From Lama guanicoe (Eukaryota), in assembly GCA_013239625.1 (NCBI GenBank), contig MU054220.1:7661367-7725366 (forward strand): DNA of 64,000 nucleotides. The letters are read 5' to 3'. Numbering within the stretch: the stretch's first letter is position 1; the number at the start of each line of letters is the position of its first letter. A program made the translations under genes and the position numbers. Below the pieces are notes generated by a model. The model ran no database searches, had not been told where the DNA came from, and saw only the letters and a list, made by a program, of their open reading frames with translations. Of the stretch, positions 50,867 through 64,000 are shown in pieces.

Positions 50867-52199
50867 GCATTCCTCCATCATATCAAACAGTGTTCTAGAT
50901 GAAACATTGAGTGATTGTGGCAACCTCTTCCAACCCCCAACCCTCAACCCCCAGCCTCTTCTTTACGGCCCCCTTTTAACTCTTGAGAAATCCTCTTTGG
51001 AAAGTGCAAGTTTGCCTTCTCAGTGAGAAACTGGGAGATGCGTTGTCTCCTATCGTGAATGCTCCTTTGCATCCTGGGCTGTTTATGATACAAAAGGAAA
51101 GCTTTCAGCTGGTGAAAATGGATAGAATTGAGTGAACTGTAACACAGGAATTGCTGTTTCCCAAGTGGAATGACTTAGACAAACACTGCTTTGATGGCTT
51201 GAGAATAGATTTGATTATGTCTTGGATGAGAGTCCTTCACTTTCCTTTCTGCATTGGATTACTGTACACCATGCGTCTCAGTGGACCCTCGTAAGCAGTG
51301 TTGAATGGAGAGGTAATGGATTACATCTCTTAGGATCTCCCTTTGCTCTCCTTTTAGTTATGTTGTTGGATTATTTTTTTCCCCCATTGGCAATTTAGTG
51401 TCCCTATTCTTACTGGGAAACAAAATTTTAAACTTAAGGACTACTCAGTGCTGTAAGAGAAACAAAGTCTCACACTTCTTTAAATATTCATACCACACAT
51501 TTTTTGAATATGTTTAAAAAGAAGGGCAGGTTAAGAGCAAAATTTTCAGGCATTTCTAAAATGTTTCACTTCCTTTTTTTTTTTTTTTGTTCCTGTACAG
51601 GTTAATATGCTGCTGTTTTTGCCATATTTTGTAATTAACTGACAATAGGCCGTGCTTAAGAATGGATTTTGCCACTTGGTTTTGGGTGAACAATAGTGTA
51701 AAAGGCTATTCTGAAGGAATGGATATTGAACTGGTGAGCTGTTTCACAGAGAACACCACTGACTGGGGGGTATCTGTAAGTAAGCAATGACTAACTGGTT
51801 GAAGTATCTCCTAATTTCTTAAAATATCTACAAGAGAATATATTACTTTTTGATCTGTATCACGTACTAAAAACAAATACTCAGATTTTTATGTCTAAAT
51901 AGCATTAATTTCACACTAACAAAAGCCTCTCCCAGAAAGCTTTTTTAAAATAATACTATTAAATATAGTGCACAGCAAATTGCCAAAACAGCTAACAGGG
52001 AGAAATTTATTCGTTAAGTGAAAGTGAGGGAAATTTACAGCTTTAACTGACATATCTATACAGATTTCTAGCATAGTAGTATGCTTCTAATCCTTATCTC
52101 TGCAGCCATTCTTCTTCTAGTCTTTGCTTCCTTTTTGTTTTTTAACTTATTTACCATATTACTCTGTGTATGTGTTTTAATTAGCAATTAATGTTGGAG

Positions 52200-52750
52200 C
52201 CATTTGAGAGGTGGTGATTCTGGAATATTATCAGATTTGATGTGAAAGTCCATGAGTTATGTTTGGGGAAAATGATCTCATATGCTTTGAAACATCCAAG
52301 TGAAGATGAGGGAAAAGCAAAACAGAATAGACTGTGTTTATCATAAGTCATGACATAAATGACATTTGACGTCAACAGAGGAGGAGATTGCTCAGAAGAA
52401 AGAGTTTAGTGAAAGAACAGTAGGAAGCCTAGCATTGAACCTTAAGGAGTTTTAGCCAGAGAAACAGCGGAGTAAAAAAAGGCAGTATTGATCATGGAAT
52501 GCAAAATCAGTCTTTCTAGAAGCAAAGAACCGCAATGGTAAATGTTGCTAAGTGGTCGGCACATTGATAACTGAAAAAAGTTCACTGAATTTAAAGACAA
52601 GTGTTCCTACAGATGAAGCAAGTTTTGAAGGTTTGTCTTCTACCTGAGAGAGAAGGGGAGGTAACAGAGACAGTGAAGACAATGTTTCACCAAGTTTGGT
52701 GATGGATGGAGCGAGAGGTAGGGTAGTGATGGAGGGGAAGGTGGGGCAAA
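52200..52750 (-). mobile_element. L2 fragment
   Basis: Purine-rich antisense L2-like sequence (GAGATTGCTCAGAAGAAAGAGTTTAG...CATTGAACCTTAAGGA; GTAAATGTTGCTAAG). Confidence 0.5.
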
Positions 52751-55099
52751 ATGGATCCTTTACAAGGAAGGGATCAAACTGAGACAGAGGCTGACATATA
52801 AGGAAGTGTGAAGACTCAGTCCTGAAGAGGTCATGAGAAGAAGGGGGAAAATGGAATTTAAGTCACAGGGATGGACCTCAGATGGGAAAAGATAATCTAC
52901 TGAAATCAACTAGGGAATTGGAGGAGTCAGGATTTTTAAAGGAGCTGTAAAATCCTGAAATACTTGCGGATTATGATACAGCAAATAGACCAGAGGAAAA
53001 TACAGAAGAACTGATGGGTCATGTTGAGATCTGTGTTTGGTAATCATAAACCTAAAGTGGAACCAATCTACACTTTTGTAGGACTTTTTCCAATGGAGCA
53101 GAGTTATTTTGGTTCTGACTATAATGGATGGAGAATGTAATAGATGGATTTATTTAGTTTGGGAGTTTTGCTGGATATGGAAAATAAAAAGAGAAACAGG
53201 TGTGATAAATTATGTTGCTGACAAGTGTGAAATTGGAATGATGGACCATGGACTTTCTCCTGAATACAGAGGAAAATAGTGCTGTTTCAAATAAATGCTT
53301 CTACCTTTGTGCATGTTAAGTTTGTAAAGATACAGTAAATGTGGCCAAGTAAATACAGAAGTTCCATATTGAAAGAGAACAAAGAAAACTGGGGCAATCC
53401 ACACCATTCTGTTTACCTAGAGGATCTACATTACGTTGTTTCAAGGTTGCAATGGTTTATATATGCTTATATTATCTTTTATTTGCTATAATCCGCTCTG
53501 TATTCACATTTTGAGATGGCCATTCATCAGACAGCACAGAGCCAAGTTGTCTGAACAATTTCTTTCAGACACTGTAGTGGCATCTTACAAGCATTAAACT
53601 TAAGGATAAGACAAGACTGTGGAGATTATCTATTTCAGTCCCTTCAGTTTGGATGGTGTATTTGAAATTCAAAGATGGGACATGATAAAGGACAGAGTAG
53701 TTAGGAGAGACATAACTCAAGCTCACATCTCTTTCACCCCAATATTGTGAACTCCCCACAGTCTTAACTGTCAGTGACATTACAGATTAGTATATTGGCA
53801 TTGCAGAAGATGATCCAGACAAAACATATCCAAAGAAAGTAATTTCTGATTAATTTTACAAGATAACTACCACTGTACTCCAAAGTGTATCAATCCCTAA
53901 ATTAATACCAGAGGTCTCTCTACAGCACTGTGGTATGCAATTAAAGAGAAACTCCCAAAAGGGTGGGGGTATATTGTAAATAGAGGATACAAAAAAAAAA
54001 GTATTTGCTTTGGATGGCAGTAAACAGTAAACACCAAGTCTGTCTACTTTACTTCTGCTCCTATTCCAGATGTGAGAACAACTTTCCTAAACTTAAATTT
54101 TTCACTAACATGTTCACTAAGCTTGTGTAATTAATTATAAGTTTTGTTTACTGAATTATCACAAGTGCCTACGATGGTTTCTGGCACATGGTAGGTATTC
54201 AGTAAATACTTGTTGAATAAATGAGTAAGACAGAAAAGATTAGACATTGAGAAAAATTTTTTAAAAACATGAAGCACAAGCAATTGTATATTGTCACAAA
54301 CTTGTCTTCCTCATCATCAGCATTTACAGCCCCTAAAGAATCTCTTTATAACATTTTGTTGAAGATTTAAGCTGTAAGTAAGGGTTTTACATTAGAAATA
54401 CTGCATTTATGCCTCCTAGCTAAAAGAAAAATGTTTGAAGCAAAGATATGCAACGACCCTGCATATTGTAAGTGGATTTGACTTTCGTTTGCTGTTTGAT
54501 CATATATTACCCACTGGAAAGTGCTGTGTCATTACAAACTCACCCTCATATGCTAGGGATTACAATTGTTTCCAGAGGAGAAAGTCAAACAAAGTTCATA
54601 AAAACAAATTCATTAAACGTTTGAAAAAGAAAATACCTAAAACGGTCACTCGTTGTTCAAATTTACAAAATCCCAAACCATCCCCAGAGGTGTCCTAGTT
54701 ACAACACTACTGGAACAGCGTAAATACGTCCCAGAGGTTGGTAGCAACTTGCGAATGGGAAATTGTGAAGCCAGAGGCAAACATCCATTTTAGATATTCT
54801 AATTCTTTACATATTTTTAACAAGCGATGCATAATAACACAGAAAAGGCATCTTTTCTTCAAAATTTTGTGAAGAAGTGAAACTGACAGACGTAGCAAAG
54901 GTTCTGGAGTTGAGTAGGCATTCAACCAGGTCATGTTCTCGTGATACACCAAAAATGGGTACTTGATTAAGAACGGCAGCCAAAGTAGTCGTGTAAGATA
55001 GCTCTTTGATTCAATGCAAAAAGACTTAGAATGTGACATTAGTGTCACCATCAGTTGAAAGGTTATTTGCAAGTAACAATGGCTAAAATAGCAAAATTA

Positions 55100-55415
55100 A
55101 TTGGTGTTTCCTCTGCCTAGAAAGCTCTTCCCTGAGACACAAAGAAAACAACTCTCTTCTTCCGTATCTTTTCTGAAATATCACCTTTTCAGTGAGGCCT
55201 TCCTAGTTCCCATATTTAAAAATTAAACCTACCAGAATCTTAGGATTTCCTATTTCGATCCTCTTTCTCTGAATTATGTTTCTCCTTGGTCCTAACTGCC
55301 ATTTACCACACTATGAATTTAAATTATGCATTTTATTTTTGTTCTCTTTTTTTGTCTGTTTTGTACAATGGTCTACCCGTTGTTAAGTGTTCAATAAATA
55401 TTTACTAAAGCAATT
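55100..55415 (+). mobile_element. L2 3' fragment
   Basis: TTTCCTCTGCCTAGAAAGCTCTTCC...TCACCTTTTCAGTGAGGCCTTCCT...AAGTGTTCAATAAATATTT. Confidence 0.7.
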
Positions 55416-58400
55416 AATTATTTAATATTTTTCCTGAAATTTATTTGATCTGATATGAATATTGTTGCATAAACTTTTTGTTGATTTATAATTGGATCTT
55501 TGCTTCATATATAGTTTCTGACTTGCTTTAAACTTTATCACTAATTCAAATATGCATTCTCTAAATCAGATATAGATTTTTTTTCTCTTAGTTCAGTCAG
55601 ATTTATGACATTTATTTGTTGAATATTTATCTTCCCTGGATATGGTAAGAAACTTTAAAGAGTTGGGTGATGTATATTGTGTTTGCTTTTGTTCAGTATC
55701 TCATATAGTTTCTGGCATATAATTGGAACTAAACATTTTTAAAAATAAAATTGGTAAGTGAATACATTTTTTTCAAAATATGGAGCTGGGTAACAAATTG
55801 CAATGAAGGTTTATAAGCTGCAAATTCAAAATAACAGGAGCTGAATCTTTTCACAGCAAAACAAAATATTAAGTTTTCAAGTTTTCTTCATTTGTGTATA
55901 CATGTATAAATATTTATAATTATAAAATATACAGTTGTGTATGTGTATATATAAAATCACTCAATTAGAGTGGAAACAAAATAAAAGTTATAGCATTTTA
56001 GTGTCCAGGAAATACTGAGGAAATGTAAAATTTTCATATTAGTACATATATTTATCTGATATTACTCTAGCTATGAAGAATTAATGTTTGAAAATATCAA
56101 GGTTATAAAGTTGAAACTCAATATATTTTTATTTAAGGTTTATTTCCTTTCTTTTATTTTATAAAACTTACAAATCAATTTTATATTTTTAATATAAATC
56201 CATTTTATGACGCAGTTGACTATGTCACCATAGCAAATCAGTTAGCAATTCCGCCCCCCCCACCACCCCGAAGTAGGTAATGTTATTAAGTAAAAGTATG
56301 CTAGATGCTGGGCATTCACTAAAGCTTCTGTTGAAAAATAGCATGCTAATTTCTTATTAAAATTAAATTTTGCTAGCTTAAAAATACTGATGGCTAAATT
56401 TCTACTGAATCATTTTTCACTTTTACCTGTTCTGCTTTAAATAAGCTTTCTACATGGGAAAAGGTTGCATACACTGATCACGATTCACATTTTGACAAAC
56501 AGAATTAAAGGGGGAAAGGACTCTGGGTATATGAGGCTTATTATAATACAAATCACCAAAAAAGGCCAATAAAACATAAGCAGCTAAAATCATGAAAAAA
56601 ATCTCCTTTTATGAATCCTTGTGGCTTTACTACCGTGGTAGATAATCACCATGGTAAAAGCTTTGGAGACAGAATAAGGATAGAGTAAATCTTGGAAGAT
56701 AAATTAAGAAAGTAAAATCCCATTATTATGGATTATGCTACTCAGATTACCATGTCAGAAAGGCTGAATAAATTCAAGTCCCATCTTGCTAAGACTTAAA
56801 ATAATGATTTGCAAAACATCACACAATGCTGTTGAATCTTTAGTTTTCTTTAAAGGAAATTCTGATTTGAAAACTTATACATGTTTCTACATAAATAATA
56901 AAGATGAAAACAATGCAAATCTTGTAGATTTTCTTTTTAAACCTCTGTTCTTGGCTTCTATAAATTTGGTTTTATATTCTTGGAGATTAAAACAATAAAG
57001 ATCAAGATCTAAATAAAATAGCTGCAGATTTCCCCAGAAATGGAAACATCTTACTTTATTACTGTTCCTTTCTTTTATTTTCAGAATTTATAACAGTTGT
57101 TATTTAGGTTAGGTGAAAGTGAAGTGAATCTTTAATTAAATGAGATAATGGACTATGCTATGGGCTGATAATGCTTCCTCTTTAATTTAGGATCTACCTA
57201 GGGATTAATCTACTTTCTCGGGGTGAGAAATACACAAACTCTCCAAAGCTTAGTGTGCCTGGTGTTCAAGGAAGCTGTCAGTACACTGATGCTCTTTTTG
57301 AGGATGACAGAAGAAATATTTTCCAGAGGCAAATGTATTTTGTTTGGGGTTACAGGTGGAGAGCTCGGCCCTAAATTACAGAGCATTAAATTTTGAGGAT
57401 CTGTCACTTCTATATTGCCAAAGCCTAAAGAATATTATCGGTACTTATTTCTAAAGAGAAAACTTTAGGCCACAATGTTGTTACATACTCTATATAGAGA
57501 CATAGGCAAGGGCCCATATTTGCAATTTCTTTCCTTTCTCTTGTCTCCTCTCATTCTTTCTTTGTTCCAATTATCTACTTACCCATCTTTATAGATTAAG
57601 CAAAGAAAACTCAGGAGGTTGTTGGTAGGAGATTTTCCTTGCTGTCCTTCCATATGCTCTTCAAAATAACACATACCCTCTCCCAGATTAATCCATCTTC
57701 CTTCAGGGGTTCCTTCTCTGCACCTTTCTAGTTTGGTCTGAGTGGCTTAGAGTATTGTGAAATCTATGCTACTTGTTATTTAATGGAGAATCATGGAAGA
57801 CTAATATTTTACTACTGTGGAATATAATACAGCAGAGAAAAAGAATAAGGGAGAACTACATGCACAAGCATGGATGGAACTGGATGGAACTCTAAAGTAT
57901 GATTACATGCCAATATGTTTATTACAAAATATGTTCAGTTTTATATAATATATTAAACACCCACACACCTTAATACATCATGCCCTCCCCCAGTACAAAA
58001 ACACACATATGTCTAACTGGTACATATATGCATATAAACACTAGAAAATGAACAGCAATTTGCTGGTGGTAGCAAGAGGAGAATTGTAGAGGAGCAGGAT
58101 GCTGAAAGAGGACTTTGTTCCTATCTGTAAAGTTTTGATTACTGGTTGTTTAAAGCAGAATTGCATAATTTGCAAAATAAATGGAAGAAAGGTAGCAAGG
58201 GATCAGGGAAGGGATAAAACGGAGAGAGCAGGTCATGATAGATCCTTTCAAAATATTGGGAAAAATACTATGATGCAACTATCTGGTGTATGTAATAGAT
58301 ACTCAATAAATTTCTGCTCAAATAATAAATGATAGTGTTAAGTGTCATTAACTGCAATTTAATTAGGCAGAATAATCTTATTAGGAAATTAACTCCCTCC

Positions 58401-59477
58401 TTTCTCTTCTGTAGGCTTCTTATAAATACTGAGATGCATGTTGCATCTATATTCAAAGAAGCTATATAAAGCTTTGGATCTTTGAGGGTTTTTTTTTTTT
58501 TTTGGCTGAAAGCCTTTTGATTGTTAACTCCTATTAGGACCATAATGCCATTAAAATATTTTATGTCACCTTGTACTATCCTGAATTGACATTCATAGCT
58601 AATATAAACCACCCAGACATGTAAACAAAAGTCAATTCAAAATAATTGAGATAAATGGAGAACTAAAATAAATGTATTTATTACAAAGCAATATGGAATT
58701 TAATATTTGAATATTAAAAGACAGGGAAGGGCAAGGAACTAGGATACGTGGGTTTATTGAAAGGCAGCAGGGACAATACTGTTTCCATGAGTAGTAGGAA
58801 TCTAGTCCTGGCTCATATGGGGTATATATAAATGGTAAGATCTTTAAATAAAGGTATCTGTGTAAATGTTTGGGAACTTCATGCACAAATCTGGCACAGA
58901 TAGATAAATGCTGACCGTGCAGCAATTTGCTTTTGTGTGGATCTTGTGAACCTGGGAAGGATCCTGAGAATAGCAAATATAATGACTGAGGACCAGATCA
59001 GAGCAATTTCCCTAGACTGTGCAAACTCAAATTTTGTTTGCATCTTAAGAAAACAGATTCACCCTACTCTCCATCGTGCTCACAAAATGAAGCTTGAGTC
59101 AAGAATAATTTTATGTTAAAAAGCATTGAAATTAGTAACTTTCGGTTAGAGATGTTAGACTGAACACATGCATTTTAGCTCTACTCTCTTTGGAAATCCC
59201 ACAACCACAACAAAAAGCAATTTTAGAAACAAAGGAAAATAAAAGGAGAAAAGAGCAATATTTTATTTTTGATTTTAAAATAGTAAGACAAGTGTCAATC
59301 AACTTAACAAATCTAGTCCTAACCTAGATGTGGGGAAGCAACTAGAGGCAACTCTATTTGAATCAGAATTTTTGGAAATCTCAGAATCAGCAGTCCCACA
59401 GATATTTTTCTGGAAAGAAAAATATTTCTGGAAATAAATATTGGACCAAAAAAGTAAGGCAATTGGTTCAACTGTAA

Positions 59478-59740
59478 GTATTAATCTGCTCAGGCTGCCA
59501 TAATAACATACCATAGACTGGGAAATAAAAGCAATCACAACTTATTTTATCTCAGTTCTGGAGACAGGAAGTCCAAGATCAAGGTGTCAGTAGGGTCAAT
59601 GTCTGGTGACAGCAATGTCCTTGGGTTGTAGACAGTTGCCTTCTCACTATGCCCTCAAAGACAGAAAGCAACACAGAGATGGAGAGAGAGAGACAGACAC
59701 AGAGACAGAGGAGGGGAGGGAGAGAGGAAGCAAAAGCTAT
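59478..59740 (-). mobile_element. MaLR LTR fragment (MLT1A-like)
   Basis: GTATTAATCTGCTCAGGCTGCCATAATAACATACCATAGACTGG...CAGTTCTGGAGACAGGAAGTCCAAGATCAAGGTG. Confidence 0.85.
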
Positions 59741-59852
59741 CTGGAGAAATCTGGGAAGGACTTGAATGTATTGAAGAAAGATTTAAAAATTGAGCAGTGT
59801 TCAGAGATAAATTGGTGCTGTGTATATTTGAATCAAAATTGCTATTTTTATA

Positions 59853-62833
59853 AAAATTGATACCACAGAAATCCAAAAACACAGAAGAGAATACTACGAA
59901 CAATTATATGCCAACAGATTGGACAACCCAGAAGAAATGGACAAGCTTCTAGAAACATAGAGCCTACCAAAACCAAATCAAGAAGAAAAAGATAATTTGA
60001 ACAGACTGATCCCTAGAAGTGAAATAGAATCAACAGTAAAAAAACCTCCCTGCAAATAAAAGTCCAGGAACAGATGGCTTCACTGGGGAATTCTCCTAAA
60101 CAGCAAGAAGAACTTATGCAGACCTTTCTCAAACTCTTCCAAAAGACTGGAGGAGAGAACACTCTCAAAGTCATTCTATTAAACCACCATTTCCCTGATA
60201 TCAAAACCAGACAAAGATAATACCAAAAATGAAACGACGGGCCAGTATCTTTGATGACTACTGGAGCAAATATTGTCAACGAAATATTAGCAAACAGAAT
60301 CCAACAACACATAAAAAAGATCATACACCATGATCAAGTTGGATTCATCCCAGGGTCATAAGGATAGTTCAACATACACAAATCAATCAATATGACACAC
60401 TACATTAACAAAGGAAAGACAAAAACCACATGATCACCTCAATAGATGCAGAAAGAGCTTTGATAAAATTCAACATCCATTCATAATAAAAACTCTTACC
60501 AAAGTGGGTATGGAGAGAACATATCTCAATAAAATCTATTTCTGACAAATCCATAGTCAGCACGATATGCAACGGTGAGACGCTGAAAGCCTTCCCACTA
60601 AAATCTGGAACAAGACGGGGATGCCCACTCGCACTACTTCTATTCAACATAGTATTGGAAGTTCTAGCCACAGCAGTCAGAGACGCCAAAGAAATAAAAG
60701 GTATTCAAATTGGAAGAAAAGAGGTAAAACTGTCATTATATACAGATGACATGATACTATATGTACGCAACCCTAAAGACACCACACAAAAACTAACAGA
60801 AGTGATAAACAAGATTAACATACAGAAATCTGTTGCATTTCTTTATACTAACAATGAACTATCCAAAAGGGAAAGTAAAAAAAAAAAAACACAAACAAAA
60901 AAAAAACAAAAAGGGAAAAAAAAAAAAAAAAAACACACACAAAAAAAAACCAAAGAACAAAACAAAACAAAAATCTCTTAAATTGCATTAAAAAATAAAA
61001 CAATTAGGAATAACCCTAACCAAGATGGTGAAAGGCTTATATGCTGACTACTATATAATATTGATAAAGGAAACTGAAGATGATTCAAAGCAATGTAAAG
61101 ATATCCCATGCTTTTGGATTGGAAGAAATAGTATTGTTAAAATGGCCATACTAACTCAAAGCAATCTACAGATTTAATGTGATCCCTATCAAGTTACCCA
61201 TGACATTTTTCACAGGACAAATAATACAAAAATTTATATGGAACCATAAAGGACCCAGGATTGCCAAAGCAATCCTGAGGAAAAAAAACAAAGCTGGAGG
61301 CATAACCCTCCCAGAGTTCAGACAATTCTGCAAAGCTAAGTAATCAAACAGCATGGTATTGGCACAAAAAGAGACACATGTATCAATGTAACAGAATAGG
61401 GAGCCCAGAAATAAGCCTACCCATTTACAATTAATTAATCTTCCTCAAAGGAGGCAAGAATATACAATGGAGAAAAGACAGTGTCTTCAGCAAGTGATGT
61501 TGGGAAAGCTGGACAGCAGCATATAAATCAATAAAGTTAGAACACCCCCTCAACCAAACAAAGATAAACTCAAAATGGCTTAAAGACTTAAATATAAGAC
61601 CTGACACCATAAAACTCCTAGAAGAGAACATAAGCAAAACATTTTCTGACATAAATCTTAGCAATGTTCTCCTAGGGCAGGCTCTCAAGGCAATAGAAAT
61701 AAAAGCAAAAATAAACAAATGGGACCTAATTAAGCTTGAAAGCTTTTGCACAGCAAAGGAAACCATAAACAAAATGAAAAGACAACCTACAGACTCAGAG
61801 AAAATATTTGTAAATGATGCAACCAATCAGGGTTTAATTTCCAAAATATGCAAACAGCTCACACAACTCAATAACATAAACAACCCAATCAAAAACTGGG
61901 CAGAAGACCTAAACAGATATTTCTCCAAAGAAGACATACAGATGGCCAACAGGCACATGAAGGATGCTCAACATCACTAAGTGTTAAGAGAAATCTAAAT
62001 CAAAAGTACAATCAGCTATCATCTCACAAAGGTCAGGATGGCCATCATTAAAAAGTCTACAAATAACAAATGCTGGAGAGGGTGTGGAGAGAAGGGAGCC
62101 CTCCTACACTGTTGGTGGGAATGTAAATTGATCCAGTTGCTATGGAAAACAGTATGGATGTCCTTTAAAAAACTAAAAACAGAGTTGCCACATGATCCAG
62201 CAATCCCACTCCTGGGTGTATAACCAGAGAAAACTCAATTCAAAAAAAAAAAAAAGCACCCCAATGTTCATAGCAGAATTATGTACAATAGCTGAGACAT
62301 GGAAGGAAACTAAATGTCCATTTGACAGATGAATGGATAAAAAAAGTTGTAGTATATATACACAACAGACACTATTCAGCCATAAAAAAAAAAGAATGAA
62401 ATAATGCCACCTGCAGCAACAAGCATGGGCCTAGAGATTATAACTATAAGTGAAGTCAGTCAGAAACAAAAAGACAAATACGGCATGATATCACTTTCAT
62501 GGGGATTCAAAAATATGACACAAATGAAGCTATTTACAAAACAGAAACACTCACAGACAGAAAACAAACTTATGGTTACCAAAGGGGAAGGGGGATTGAT
62601 AAATTAGGAGTTTGGGATTAGCAGATACAAAGTACTATATCTAAAACGGACAAATGACAAGGTCTTAATTGTACAGCACAAGGAACTATATCCTGTAATA
62701 AACCATAAGGAAAAGAAAATGAAAAAGAATACATATATATATATATAATTGAATCACTTTTCTGTACACCAGAAACTAACACAACATGTAAATTTCAATT
62801 ATAGTAAATTTCAACTATATTTCAATCTAAAGA
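59853..62833 (+). mobile_element. 5'-truncated LINE-1, ~3 kb (disabled ORF2 RT and C-terminus plus 3' UTR)
   Basis: Translated pieces [61 protein letters not shown]; many frameshifts and stops; degraded TSD AAAATTGCTATTTTTATA (59835-59852) / AAGACTGTTATTTTTAAA (62834-62851). Confidence 0.95.
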
Positions 62834-62899
62834 AAGACTGTTATTTTTAAATTATTTAATTCATCTATATATTTACCCATCAAATATGTACTGAATGCT

Positions 62900-63125
62900 C
62901 ACTCTATAGACTATGAGAAGTAGTTTTCAGAGGAGTTAAGCTATATTCAATTCTTACTAAAAACTGTCTCAAAATTCTTCTAATTACTAGCTATATGATA
63001 TGTGCCAATTACTTAAATTCTGAGTATCTTTTTAAAATTTAAGCAATGGGGTTCCTTCTCTTGGGCTATTATGAGTGTTAAACTAGTTATTATGCAAACT
63101 GTATACAAAATTGCCAAATAGATAT
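62900..63125 (+). mobile_element. MIR remnant
   Basis: TTACTAGCTATATGATATGTGCCAATTACTTAAATTCTGAG core. Confidence 0.55.
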
Positions 63126-64000
63126 TTGTTCTTTTCCTGTCTGCTTCTCATGGTTTAAACTATGTATTTGTCACTTCTTTCTCTTGGATGTACATAGCAT
63201 CCCTTGTGAATATATTTGTCTGTATTAAAGTATATCTTTTATTTCCCATTATCTCCTATATCATTCTTTATCACATACATCCAGATATTCATCCCATTTA
63301 AGGGTAATTTAATGGCTTCTGATTGCTTGTAACCATAAACATGGTAACTTTTAAATTATGAAAAACTACTATCCAAAATGAAATATCACTGACATTAATA
63401 CATAGACTGATTTTTAAATGATAAATAATAAAGCATTTTTAAACATTTAAAGTGTAATTTTATTTAAGATGCATACATTTTTATGCAAACTTTTTGGAAC
63501 ACATATTTCATATACAGTGTATCTGCATATGAATTCAAAACTTAATCACAAATTCTAATTGCTTATAAATGTATCATGAGAGGTTTATGAATTAAATAAA
63601 ATGTAGAACATTTCTATTGAGCAGAAAAAGTCAACAGAATGTCTCTGTAAATGTCAGTTGGAAAATCAGTCTGATATAAAACAATATGGCTCCAGACAAA
63701 AATTTGTAATAAGATTAAAATCAAGGGTATAAGCCTTGAATTCATTAAACAATTCCTAGAAGTCTCAGGGTTTAGAAGGCTGGTTTAAAGAAATATTCAT
63801 CTGATTAGATTCCAGGTCATATAATAAATGTGACCTATTTGGATTCTGCAATCATTAGCGTTCCAACTCTTCACTTGTCATGATATCATGACTTTCTTAG
63901 CATTTCTTTAGTGTCTCTAATCTTTTATACTTAAATTTGTGAACAAATATTGTGTTACACCTTACTCTTCTAACAATGACTGATGGCATTCACAAAGACT

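Noticed and set aside
57871..57890. Short tandem duplications (TGGATGGAAC x2; also near 4362, 16670, 19196 and 62788)
   Set aside because: Ordinary slippage duplications of two units; no array or CRISPR-like structure.
59853..62833. Active LINE-1 or domesticated reverse transcriptase
   Set aside because: 5'-truncated, with many frameshifts, stops and deletions.
1..64000. ORFs of 60-146 aa in the supplied track as protein-coding genes
   Set aside because: Short, often with non-ATG starts, low-complexity or inside repeats; none resembles a protein I recognise apart from decayed L1 ORF2.

Overview
AT-rich mammalian non-coding DNA (intergenic or deep intronic), most likely camelid (alpaca, llama or camel), because it carries two copies of a tRNA-derived SINE I recognise as the camelid Vic-1 type. 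I find no protein-coding gene; the ORF track is noise or decayed LINE-1 ORF2. The window is a mosaic of old and younger repeats: MaLR/ERVL/ERV1 solo LTRs, L1 (a ~3 kb 5'-truncated copy and a 5'-inverted copy), L2, MIR, hAT and Tigger MITEs, and microsatellites. The most notable signal is a betaretrovirus-like (ERV2) LTR at ~9028-9503 containing a hairpin (9178-9238) with both strands of the type-D retrovirus constitutive transport element (CTE) NXF1/TAP-binding loop, i.e. a candidate RNA export element carried by a solo LTR. Other observations are a ~120 bp local templated duplication inserted into an old L1, a well-bounded solo LTR I cannot assign, a possible ancient Penelope-type RT relic, and several plus-strand exon-like segments. 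Repeat family names come from my recall of consensus sequences, not a database search, and boundaries of old repeats are approximate.
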